Of a DNA stretch of 64,000 nt, positions 1-12,100 are shown piece by piece. The stretch covers positions 7,006,001 to 7,070,000 of the forward strand of contig NC_087254.1 in assembly GCF_037042905.1 (NCBI RefSeq), written 5' to 3'. Every line of letters begins with the position of its first letter. Positions within the stretch are counted from its first letter, which is position 1. The notes below the pieces were generated by a model. It searched no databases, was not told where the DNA came from, and was given only the letters and a program-made list of their open reading frames with translations. Position numbers and translations under genes: made by a program. Source of the DNA: Lytechinus pictus. Lineage: Eukaryota.

Positions 1-37
1 GTATATGCTAGATGTTTCATAATAATATTACACTCAC

Positions 38-136
38 CTTATGTTTTCTGATGACTGCATCAATATCTTGAAGAGGAAGGAAGGTAAAAAGCTTCAAGGA
101 TTTTTCCACATCATTGTCATGCATTCTGATGAAATA
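38..136 (-). CDS. YARS2: YARS2 exon 9
   Basis: [33 protein letters not shown]; ag/gtgagt. Confidence 0.93.
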
Positions 137-3100
137 CTAGAAAAATAAAAAAACAAAATAAATTCTCTATAAATCTTTCATATCAAGAGTTTCTTTCTTA
201 GTACATGTGTCCATATCTTTGACAAGAATTCCCATGCTAAATGCGCTATATATGTTTTTCATGGCGACTTTTCCGCAATCCCCACGGTTATTTTCAATGA
301 TGAAATGTGAGAATTGAAATGAAAAGCTGTTGATGGGCTTCCTGCAGGAAAGCTGTGGTTCTGAAAGCTTTATATTGTATAAGCAATTCGGTGGATTCAC
401 AATACGGTATGCCATCTATCAGTTGCAGAGGACAGGCCAATATTCGCAATGCCTTATGGGAGAAGTCGACATCTGCTGCGCGCTAGTACATGCATGCATA
501 GGTGGCGGAAGCGGGGGGGGGACCACCCTAAAATTTATGTTGATAACATTTTTTTTCTTTTTTTTTTCCTGCGTCCCCCTAAATTCATGTAGAACCCCCC
601 CCCCCCCAATTTTTGTGGTCCACCCTTAAATTTTTGTTGATGACCTTTTTTTTTTTTGCTTGTCCAATTTTTTACCTGTGTCCATCCAAAAATTTCAAAA
701 GGACCCCCGCTAAATTGTTTGGCTTCTGCCGCCAATACAATATGCTGCGCTGGCCAGCTTGCATAAGATTATGCTGTTTACCAGGGTCCAGGTGGGAGAG
801 AAATTTGCCACATATTTATTTGGGAAATTTAAACCATTTCCTGTGAATTCTTCATCCCCATTTGCCATATGTATTTTCCTTTTTAAAGCATCATGGTCAC
901 ATTACACTGTGCGCTGCCTGCGCGAGATGTCGACCCCGAAGTTAAACATTGACCTGTCTGCTGCAACGGATAGATGGCACACCGTATTGTGAATCCACCA
1001 AATTGTGAGATGTTTTGTTTTCTCATATTGATTTTTATTAAGTCAAAAAAGTTAAAATGCTATCAACCACTTATTTCCTGATCATATCAGAAATGATAGT
1101 GTGCAGATATGATATCCCACAGAAACACATTTTATTTACATAACACACGTTTTTAATGGGTCAGAAAATGGATATTATCACCTTATTCCATCTCCTAAAA
1201 ACATTAAATGGATCAAAGTCTATTTCCTTAAAACTTCTCTTTTAGAAATTGAAAGTTGGTTTTGACAAAATCCCAGATCTCTACATCTAGCAGGCTCTGA
1301 AAAAAAGTTACATAGTTTACATAATAATGAAGTTGGTTTTAACAAATTCTGAATCTCTACATCTAAGAAGGCTCTGATAAATGTAAAATATCAAATACAC
1401 TTCAATCCAAGAAAGTAGCATATTAAAAGGTAAAGGTGAAAACTAGTTATTATGATTCTTGAATTTAAATGTATGGATGTGCAAAATTGTTACGCAAGCC
1501 TGCATATGGTATAGAAAGGTGAAAGTGCAAAGCCTTATATTCATGTTCTTGTGTTCCATGTATGAAATATTTACAAACCCTAGACTGCTTTATATGTGTT
1601 GCATCTTTACCTGATAGAGGTCAAACTCTGACGTTTTATCACTGTTAATCCATACTGCATTACCAGCTGTTTTACCTAATTTGTCTCCAGTTGAACTTGT
1701 GACTAATGGAATAGTCAGACCTGTGAAATAATGCAGAAAGGAGGTCATGTGATATATTTCAGCCAATCATATGATTAGGAACCATATCATCTTATAAATG
1801 TGATGAAAGGATGATTTTTTTTTTTTTGCAATTCAGTCTCAGACTAAGGTTTGCTTTATATTTACATCATAACAGTAAGATTAAACACGAATATATGCCG
1901 GGGTAATATAGGAGCACCTTGAACACCAAGCCAGGTGGATACGTGTGCTATACAAATCCTATATTATTATTATTACATACCATTTGAATTTTTATCTTTA
2001 TTTTTATGTATATTTTTGAAGAAGTTATCCTGCCCACGCATGCGCAGTCAATAATCACAGCTTCAAATGTGGCTACTTAAAGGGGAAGTTCACCCTGACG
2101 AAACTTTTGTTGTAAAAAAAGCAGAAAAAATAATAAAAAATATTGGTGAAGGTTTGACGAAAGTCCATTAAATACTAAGAAATTGATTACAATTTGAAGT
2201 TTTTGATTTCCGATGTCATAAACAAGCAGCTACCCCATATGTAATATAAATATAAAATGCATACATTTAATTTTTAATGGTTCATAATGACTTATTTTTT
2301 ATTTTCTTTTTAGGAGCACGTGTGAAATTATTTGTGTATTGATATACTGATGGTACAATAAGAACCATTTTTAATTTTCTGAGAAAATGACATTTCATTT
2401 TTTTTTTATCACACGATGTGTAGCAAAGCTCCTTGTGTATGAGATCAAAAATCAAATCATTAAAATTCTAATAACTTTTTTGTTCTTTGATGGATTTTCC
2501 TCAAACCTTCAGCGATATTTTCTATTATTTTTTCTGCTAGTTTTACAATAAACTTTTTGTCAGGGTGAACCTCCCCTTTAAATGAGTAAGAACATGAGAT
2601 CTTACACCAGAATCTGAAAGTTTGGTAGGTAAGGAGAGAATGTAATAACTTCGTCATAAACATTCATAAAACAAATATCAAACTTCAAACAGTTAGTTAT
2701 TGTATAATATAATCTTTTATTTCATATTTCCTTGGTCGTTATTTCATGAGATTTTGAAGCCCAGTAGGAAACACCAGCATATATGTCAATACACAAATAG
2801 CGAATAGACATGAGTGCTATGGTGTGAGATTTTGCACGAGGTTAAAGAAAGATGCTCTATTCAACGAGGCGTTAGCCGAGTTGAATAGAGCATCTCTTTC
2901 TTTCACCGAATGGGAAATCTTGCACCATTGCCAGAATATGAATATTCGCCATTTGTGTTGTACAATGCCTCAGAATCTAGCGAAAATTGGAAAAACAAGA
3001 GTTTTTCCCTGCAATAATCTATGAAAAGGGAGCAAACATAATATTGAAAGCGAAAAGCAAAATCCCACAAGCGCACGTGACCTTGGGCAGCATTGCGCAT

Positions 3101-6100
3101 TTAGCCAGCAAGCTATACACGTATTGCACCTTCATTTTTACTGAGCGCAACAAATTAAATCATATTGTGACGTCACTTCCTAAAGCCGTGCAACGGTACA
3201 TTTTGGATGGTACGTCATGTGTGCAACGGTACAAATGTTTGACATTCAGCCTCCCATTTGCTCGCGTACAACAAGCTATGTAGGCGTTGTACAACATTAA
3301 AATGTACATGCAATTACCAATGTCTCACCATACTTTGTGGCAATAGATGTTCTCTACACAAGGAACAACTTATTCCACATACATGTTCATTCCATGTATA
3401 CGGCATTATAACAATCCCAAGGACATTGTTAATATCTGTTTCATTTCAGTTAATTGACATCTGGTTTCCTAATGCCAGTTCAAAAGTTCTGTATCACTAG
3501 TGTAGAGCATGATCTTCTAACACTGCCTGGGAAAAGTTTATATTGTTTTGAATAGGCTTTCTATAAACTTTATGAAAGTTTTTTTCTGATGGCCATCCTG
3601 CTCAAGCTAGGATCTGGTCCAATGAAAGCACTGCCTTGGCAGCTGCAGAAGTTCAAACGTCATCTTGGGTGCGTTTCATCAACATTTTTGTCTGAAAAGT
3701 TGTCGGATCTGACAACTTTCCTTGATTTTGATTAGCTGAGATGCAATGTTACTTTGGTAACTGTCGGATAAAACTTGTACTGTTTTATACGATAGTTACC
3801 ATTGTAACAGTGCCTCTCAGCCAATCAGAATCAAGGAAAGTTGTCAGATCTGACAACTCTTTTAATCTGACAACTTTTTCCGCCACAGGTCCAGTTCTTT
3901 ATTGTGTACTTTCCAAAAGTAATCATCATACCTCTTAGAGTCTTTTAACATGATAAAACGATCCGTGTGACTCACCATAAACGTCATTGCCAGTTGTTCT
4001 TCTAATGAGATCATGACCCGACATCATATTACCCAGCTGATCTGTACCTCCAATCTGATAACATAAGAAGTAAAACATATAAAAATCAGTTCATTAATGT
4101 TTCAGAGATTTGAATGAAACTATAAATCAAGATGGAAATGTTTTTTCAAAATATTCTCTAAACAAATGCAGATATAAGATTTGTTTGATTGGGTGTACTA
4201 AACAAGAGCGTGAAACTGTGTGGGTGTAATGGATTCAAAATTCTTGTTCCACTACCAAAAAAAACCAAGTAAATCAAAAGGATATAGTGCAAGACCTAAA
4301 TATCTTTTTGCACAAAATAAATTCAACCTTGATTAATAAATGAGTGTGTAAAAAGTCATAAGCCTGGAATATTCAGTATGTGAGTTCAAAAATTCCTTAA
4401 TTCAAAATTCCACTTACCTGTATATTACATCCATATTGTTCGTGTAAGTGTAAGAAGTCATAGGCCTGAAATATTTGGTAGGTGAACTCAGAGAAACTCA
4501 TACCCTCTGGGCTGCTTAGTCTCGTCTGGACACTGAAAAAAAAGTAAAAAGTAAAATTTGACATAAGAAATAATTTTTACAAACACAAGATCCTTAAACC
4601 TTTTTAAGGTACACCTAATAATGCTAACACATTTCACAGACACTAATTTCATTTGTATGAGATGTCACATTTTTGTGGGTCTTGACAAAAAGCTTGCATA
4701 TGCCTTAGTTTGTACAATGATTTACTATGTTACCCTTCATGACAATTACTTTAGAAGTAAAAGTACACTACATTTCTAAAAATATATGCTTTCGTTTTTA
4801 TGTGAGGTGAAAATAAATGAATTAAATGTAACCAATTACTGAATTTCACTCACTCAAAATCAAATCAAACATTATACATGTAATAACGGATTATCACTAA
4901 GAGCAATAATATATAGTAAATAATAGTATCCTTTATTTTTATCAATTTGATGATAAATTGATGAATGAACAGAATGAATGGGTTATCAACTAAGCTTGAG
5001 TTTTGAAAAACTGTCTACTATCAATAAACAATAAGAAAAGTCAAATAAAATGAATTGTTTATAAGTACTTTAGTTAAAACCCAAAGTTAAACTAACATTA
5101 TGTAAAAAAAAAAATAGATCACTAAAAAGGAGTAGACTTGTGTATACCAGGGTTCCCACAGTCATGGAAAATCCTGGAAAAAATTGTGGTCATGGAAAGT
5201 CAGGGAATTTGGAAAATTTGTGAAAAGTCATGGAAAAGTCATGGAATTGCATTTACCTCTTGGCTATGGCAGCTTTCCAGTTTGTCGTGTCTTGCAACTC
5301 TCATACTCTGTAATCATACTCTATTATAATTGGTGTTCATGATTTCCATTTTTCCCGGTTTTGTGACATCCCAAATTCTACACGAGTCCTGAGACGTCAC
5401 AGGAAGTCATGGAAAGCAGCAATTTAGTCATGGAAAAGTCATGGAATTCTGTTTTCAAATTTCTGTGGGAACCCTGGTATACTCAATTGACTGAACATTC
5501 CATTGGTGTAAAGTACCTTACTTTTAATTCATGTCCATTAAATTATGATAGTTTTCAACAAATTGAGGTAAAAACATCATCTATTTATTTCTTACTGACA
5601 TGTCACAAATTTCATATCTAGATGATAAGCTTACCTCTGTCTTGAAAGCATGGAGCCCATTCTGAAGAAGCGACCATACGTCGCTAAGAACTGCACTAGG
5701 TTTTCTGATTCATACCACTCCTGGTTATTCATTATTCTATTAAAACAAAGACAAAATATTTGTGATATTCATATAAAAAATTGTGAAAAATGAAGTCAAT
5801 ATGTTGATTAAGTAATATCTGTGATTGTTATTCTTTTATCAGTCCTTTAATCTCGATAAATTATTTCAATAGAGCAAGGCCACTTTTCTACACAGGGCAT
5901 ATTTTGAAAATACACCACATCTGAAGGGTCAAATTTACCCTCCACCAGTAAAAACCTGGTCTCAAATAGCCGAGTATACTTATCATCCTTTTTAATAAAA
6001 ATAAAACTTTTAGGAAATTAGAATCTTGACACTTAATGGCCCCTCATAATTAATATAGGGGAAAAACATGTTCACAATAATTATAAAGAGTTCACTTGGA

Positions 6101-9100
6101 CTATATGATTCATATTTTTCCTTAATGCAAACATTTTCTCCACTTGTTCTGAAATTTTTCTTTAGATGGGAAGGGATATTTCTTTTTGTTGGACAAAGGC
6201 AATCCTAATTGTCAATGCGTAGTATCCTAATGGTATGATAGGTTGCGAGAATGCATATGACTAGTCTTTGATTGTACTGCATATTTACTGATTGGTGATA
6301 CTGTAAGTGGTCATGATGGCTCTGTCATGGATCTGCTCCACAGTACAACACTGCTCTCATTAACACCTACACACCATCTAGGTTTCTACGCTCCGGTCTT
6401 CTTACAGTTCCAAAATGTAAAACAAAGTGAGGGGGAGGGCATTCATCCATGCGGGTCCCTCGCTATGGCATTCCCTCCTACGAGAGATCAGGGAGAGCAA
6501 GTGTGTCGAAACACTTAAGATTAAGCTAAAAACTTACCTCTTAAAACTTATCTTATCAATGATTTTTTGCTATTTGTTATTTTATCATGACCGGTCATGG
6601 TTGTGAGATGATTGTTTATCAAATAACTAAGGATCCATATCACTGTCTTATAAAACAAATAATAGGAAGATTAAATGAGAACTTACCTGTTTGAAATTTA
6701 ATCTTTATTTTATAAGTAAGTCGTAGAGAAGAGACTACATGTCTCATCGGGAATAATATGAGATCCCGCTGATCACGTGCGTGTCAATCTTTAAAGCAGT
6801 ACAAGGCTACAGGTGAATTATAGGAAGATGAAGATGTTGAGAACTTGCCTAAATAAAACTATGTAAGTCGCAGGGTGGGAGAGGAGGGATGTAGTCTCTT
6901 CTCTACGACTTACTTATAAAATAAAGATTAAATTTCAAACAGGTAAGTTCTCATTTAATCTTCCTATTTTACTACGTAAGCCTCCGATTGAGACTACATG
7001 TCTCATCGGGAATAATATGAGATTTCAAAGCCCTGTAGACTTGTACGTAGTAATACCTCTGTAAGCCTATCAAGGCATCCAACAACAGAAAAACTCCCCA
7101 AAAGTATGGGCCTACATGTACCTGTACAAATGTAGTTCAAGACTAATTCACCTTGTGAAGTCAATGTTTCAAAACTGCCTGCGAAAATTGACCAGTATTC
7201 TGCAAAGGTTTGCAATAAAAAGTTTGGAATGTCTTCTCTGACACCCAACCTGCTCTAGACATAATCTCTGATACAGGTACCTCACTTCGTTGTGCTGCCG
7301 AAGTAGAAGCTGCTCTCGTAGAGTGAGCATGAAATAACTCTGTGTCGATACCTGCCTCATGCATGACAGTCTTGATCCAACGTGCTATTGTTTGCTTTGT
7401 AGCACGATGATGGGGCTTCTTACATGTTACTAACAAGTGTCTCTCCATGCCCCGCAGATTCTTTGTCCGTTGCACATATTCTTTCATATAGTTCATTATG
7501 CACAATCTCCTATCTGGAGGGTAAGCTTTAAGTGTTACATTGAGTCCTGTATTTCCAGGCTTATTTTGCTTCAGTGTATTTTCAAACGCAATCTCAACTG
7601 ACGATTTATTCCACCTCATCCTGTCCAGGTGAATGACATGTAGAGACTGCACTCTTTGTGCAGAAACAAGTGCTATCAACATAGTCAATTTCTGCGTTAG
7701 TTGCTTCAGATTAAGTGCCTTAGCTGGAGATAGCTTCCTGAGATAGTTCATTACCACTTTGACATCCCATATAGAAGAGTACCGGGGTGCAGGCGGACTC
7801 AGATGGAAAACTCCTTTCATAAATCTGTTAACAAGAGGATGCGACCCAAGAGGTTGGCATCCATCATCCACAATAAGAAATGTGGATAGGGCACTTCTAG
7901 CTGTATTTAAGCTGCTATAACCAACCTTCTCTTCGTCCAACATAAATGTGAGAAAGGCAAGAACATCACAAACTTTGACTTGTAAATAATTAATGTGTCT
8001 CTTGGCACAAAACTTTTTCCATTTCCTTATGTACACCTGGTACTGTGACTTGGTGGATCCTTTCCACGAAGCTGCTATAACATCTATTGTCCTTTGTGTG
8101 AGGCCTTGTTTGGCATAGAGTCCGCTCCAAGCCTGCAACATAAAAGTGATAAGTGATTATTCAAAGGATGTGGGGTACCTGTGACCAGCATGGGTTCCTC
8201 TACCAGCATACTGTTAAGAACAGGGAACCAAACTTGTGTTGGCCAGTTCGGTACAACCAATATCCCACATGCCTTATCCTTCTGAATCTTTTGCAAACAC
8301 AAAGGTATCATACTAAAAGGAGGGAAAGCATAAAATTCCCATTGGCCCCAATCAACAGTGAAGGCATCTACGGCCAAGGCCTCTGGATCAGGCCTCCAAG
8401 AAATGTACCTGTTAACCTGTTTATTCAGGCGGGAGGCAAACAAATCGATTTCTGGTATGCCAAATCTCTCTACTATTTTTTGGAATATCCTCTTATTCAA
8501 CATCCATTCTGTACTATCAGAGAATTTCCGTGACATACGATCTGCCTCAATATTCAATCTTCCAGGTAAATGAGCAGCTGTAAGCCAGATGTCATTATTG
8601 ATACACCATTTCCAAATATTAATGGCTGCTCTATTACATTCCGGCGACTTTGTGCCACCCATATTATTCAAGTATGCTACAGCTGTGGTATTGTCTGTCC
8701 TTACCAGTACATGAATGTTCTTTTTCTCTGAGCAAAAGGCTTTCAGCCCATGGCTAACAGCTATTGTTTCTAGCACATTAATTTTATTTTGATTGGCCAG
8801 TGCCATTTCTTCACTGTTCCATCTACCACCTGTTGAAAAGGAGAGATCTGTTGCCCCCCAACCTTTTCCACTAGCATCTGTATGAATTTCCACATCTGGT
8901 TTTGCCCTCTGCATGGGGTTGAATTGCGAATCAATGTTAAATATCCACCACTGCAATTCATAGATGCTTTCTCTTGATAGTGTCATTTGCCTATCAAAAT
9001 GTCCCTTGTTCTTTGCAAGGGCAAATATCTTGTCTTTCTCCAACGCTCTGTAAAAGAGAGGACCATATTGTACAGCTGGACAAGATGCTACTAATTGTCC

Positions 9101-12100
9101 AATTACCCTTGCAACTTTCCTAGTTTGCGGATTCTGATTACCCATCAATTCAAGATTGTTTAATGTTTTCTTGCTTCTCCCTTGGAAGCCTGACACTCAT
9201 GTCTCAGGTGTTCAGATTGAACCCCAGAAAGGTGATCTCACAAGTAGGATCTAAAACAGACTTTTCAGGGTGAATAATAAAACCCAACTCTGAAAGCAAT
9301 GTAGTAGTTGCTTTAACTGCTGCCTCTGATTTCTTAGCAGTTTTGGCTATAATAAGAGTGTCATCTAGATATCCAATTACAATATGGCCTTTCTCCCTGA
9401 GCGACGCAAAGACAGGTTTAAGCAGTTTTGTAAAAAGCCTTGGTGCTGAGCTAAGCCCATTGGGTAATGCTTGAAATTGCCATAATTTTCCCTGCCATAC
9501 AAATCTCAGATATTTTCTAGACTCAGGGTGAATAGGTACCGTGAAATATGCATCTCGAAGGTCGACTGAAGCTAAATAATCATCTTGAGAAATGAGGGGT
9601 AGAGCTGTTCTAATATTGTCCATCTTAAAATGGCAATATGAAATGCTTTTGTTCAATTCTGACAGATCTAATATGATCCGCAGGCCGCCATTTTTCTTTG
9701 GCCTTGTGAAAATATTCGATATAAATTCCCCTTTTATATGATCACATGATTCTATAACATTTTTCTCCAGCAGTTTATTTATCTCTTCTGTAATCACTGC
9801 TGTTTCCTCTGAATTTCTTTTAAACTCATGAAGGGGTTTTTCCCTTCTAGGGGGAAATTTTAGTGGATCAAATTCAAGCTTGTAACCCTGTACAGCTTGT
9901 AAAATAAATGAATCAGATGTAAGCTCTCCCCATTTATGAGCATAAAGCTTCAGTCGACCTCCGACTGGAAAATCATAATTCTGTGTAGATCTAGGTAGAT
10001 TGGAAGTCTTTCCTACCTTGTCAAAATCTGGTAGTTTCTCTACTTTCTGCCCTGCCCTTGGCTGGACTTTCTGAACTGTGGGGCTTGATGTCCCTCCCGA
10101 GCTGCTGTCGGTGTGAATGTGTGAGGGACCTGTGGAGCTCTTCTCCTCCACTGGGTTCGCTGGCCTAAAAAAGGTCTTGACGCACTGCCTGGTGAGTCAG
10201 AGTAGGATGTCCGCGACGTCCAACCAGCTTCTTTATATCTACGTTCATGCCCTTGGCTTGGATAAGGTCTATATGATGGTTTCGGTTTTTTATAACCACC
10301 TTTCATAACTCCAGCTGCCGCTTTATGCTGGTCTTGCAAGTCTTTCACCTGCTTGCCCAGATCATCTCCGAATAGGTACTTTGTTACTGGATTTGTGGGC
10401 TTGCAAAGATGAGTAAACTTTGTGTTAAGATCTGGCTTTATCAGTTCTTTGCGGAGGGCATTCATCTCAAAATTAGCATTGCATAACAATGCCAAAACGT
10501 CCTGTTGTTCAGAGGACATGTTATTTGGATCAAGAAGACTGACGTAAGCCGAGATGCCCCTCGTAAGAGATTTTTGGACCCTCTGAAGTTTGACATCCTT
10601 GGTACGGACAGAGGCAGACAAATTGTCCCAAATTGTCTGATTAACTTTCGGAGTGTCAATGACTCTGCAGTTTGACGGGCATGGATATTTGCTGCTGGTC
10701 TCATCCAGCACTTTTTCCTCCAAGTGATGGCTCATTAAGTAATTCACAGAGTTAGCCAATTCTTCCTCAAGAGGTTGCCCAATGTCTGATGCTACCGCAA
10801 ATTTAGCAGCAAAAGCTGGAACTTTTAGTGATTCAGTCATCTCCGTGCAAGACTCCAACTCTGCACTTGTGCTCTCATCTTCAACTTCCATAATTCCCTC
10901 TGTATGACTTGCGGTGGAGGCTGTTTCACTGCGACCAAGATCAAAATGTCGCTCTGGCTGTGCATGTCCCATGCCTGCCATATCATCTTGTTTATTGGGA
11001 AGAGCCTCCATAAATTGGCAAAGTAAGCCTTCGAGTCTGTCGAGACGATTGTTCACCATTCCAATTTCATCCTTCGACTTAGACGTTTTCGGCCGAGCCG
11101 TCGCGACCGCCGAGCGATCGCTAGACTTCTGCACCGCCGGAACTCCCCGGGTGCGCTCCGATCCTGTCGTCCCCTTGGCCGCCGCAGCACGGTCAGCCAG
11201 ACTCACGTTTTCCAACTCCATACTCGAAATTTCCGCCGCTACGCGGTCGGAATTCTTGTCCTTTTCCTTTTCCACGGCCACGCCTGCGGAACGTTTATCC
11301 TTTAAATCCTTCATAATAAGTTTGATTATTCCAAGTTTTAGAATTTCTGCGAAATTCTATGGATTTTTCTACGCTGTGAAAAATCTTTTCCGCTCAATCA
11401 CAACACGCGCCAACGAATTGACACGCACGTGATCAGCGGGATCTCATATTATTCCCGATGAGACATGTAGTCTCAATCGGAGGCTTACGTAGTAAAATAC
11501 ACATTATGTTGCGTGGGCTTTGGAATAATTACAAACCCTTTTTACCTTTGAAACAGTCCAAACAACCTAGGCAATGCCTTGGGCATGTTTGGAACTGTTC
11601 CACAGATTCCACCTCGAGCATGCAATTCTTACTTATACCCTAACTGATATTCATTATTTGCATAGTACCTGATATCTGGCAGTGTCTTATCACGTTTCCA
11701 GAGAAGTCTCTCGTGGTTGGTAAAGATTCTCTGAAGAGACTGGTGAATGGATTCGGCGTTCCTTTCTACTAGGTCTGGATGTAGGGCCTCCCTTTCTGTA
11801 GACTTCCCACTGGGGTCACCAATCAACGCTGTGGCTCCACCAATCTAATGTCAATAATTGCAATAACACATAAATCATTATCACACACATAGGCCTTGTA
11901 GCATGCATTGAAATGTTTGTTTTGGTCTTTATGATCTGCATGTGCAAATTCAGAATGTATTGCGCAACATGGATTAAATAGTTTATTTAAAATCGTGAAA
12001 CATTGAGGCAGAAACTTTTAACAATACAGATTTGTTGCATGAATTTTCCAGGGGTGTTAAATATTCCCTTTTTAAAAGGCGTTATTACATTTGTGGGTGA

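Larger units (their letters stand above)
6661..11498 (-). mobile_element. Full-length DIRS1-type tyrosine-recombinase retrotransposon (about 4.84 kb) in YARS2 intron 4
   Basis: gag, RT, RNaseH/MT and YR ORFs. 58-bp perfect ITR (11417-11474 / 6731-6788). ICR at 6889-7023 complementary to both termini. ATT trinucleotide at both ends and at the ICR junction. Confidence 0.96.

Noticed and set aside
10914-11432. 172-aa plus-strand ORF
   Set aside because: Antisense shadow of DIRS gag with no recognisable motif
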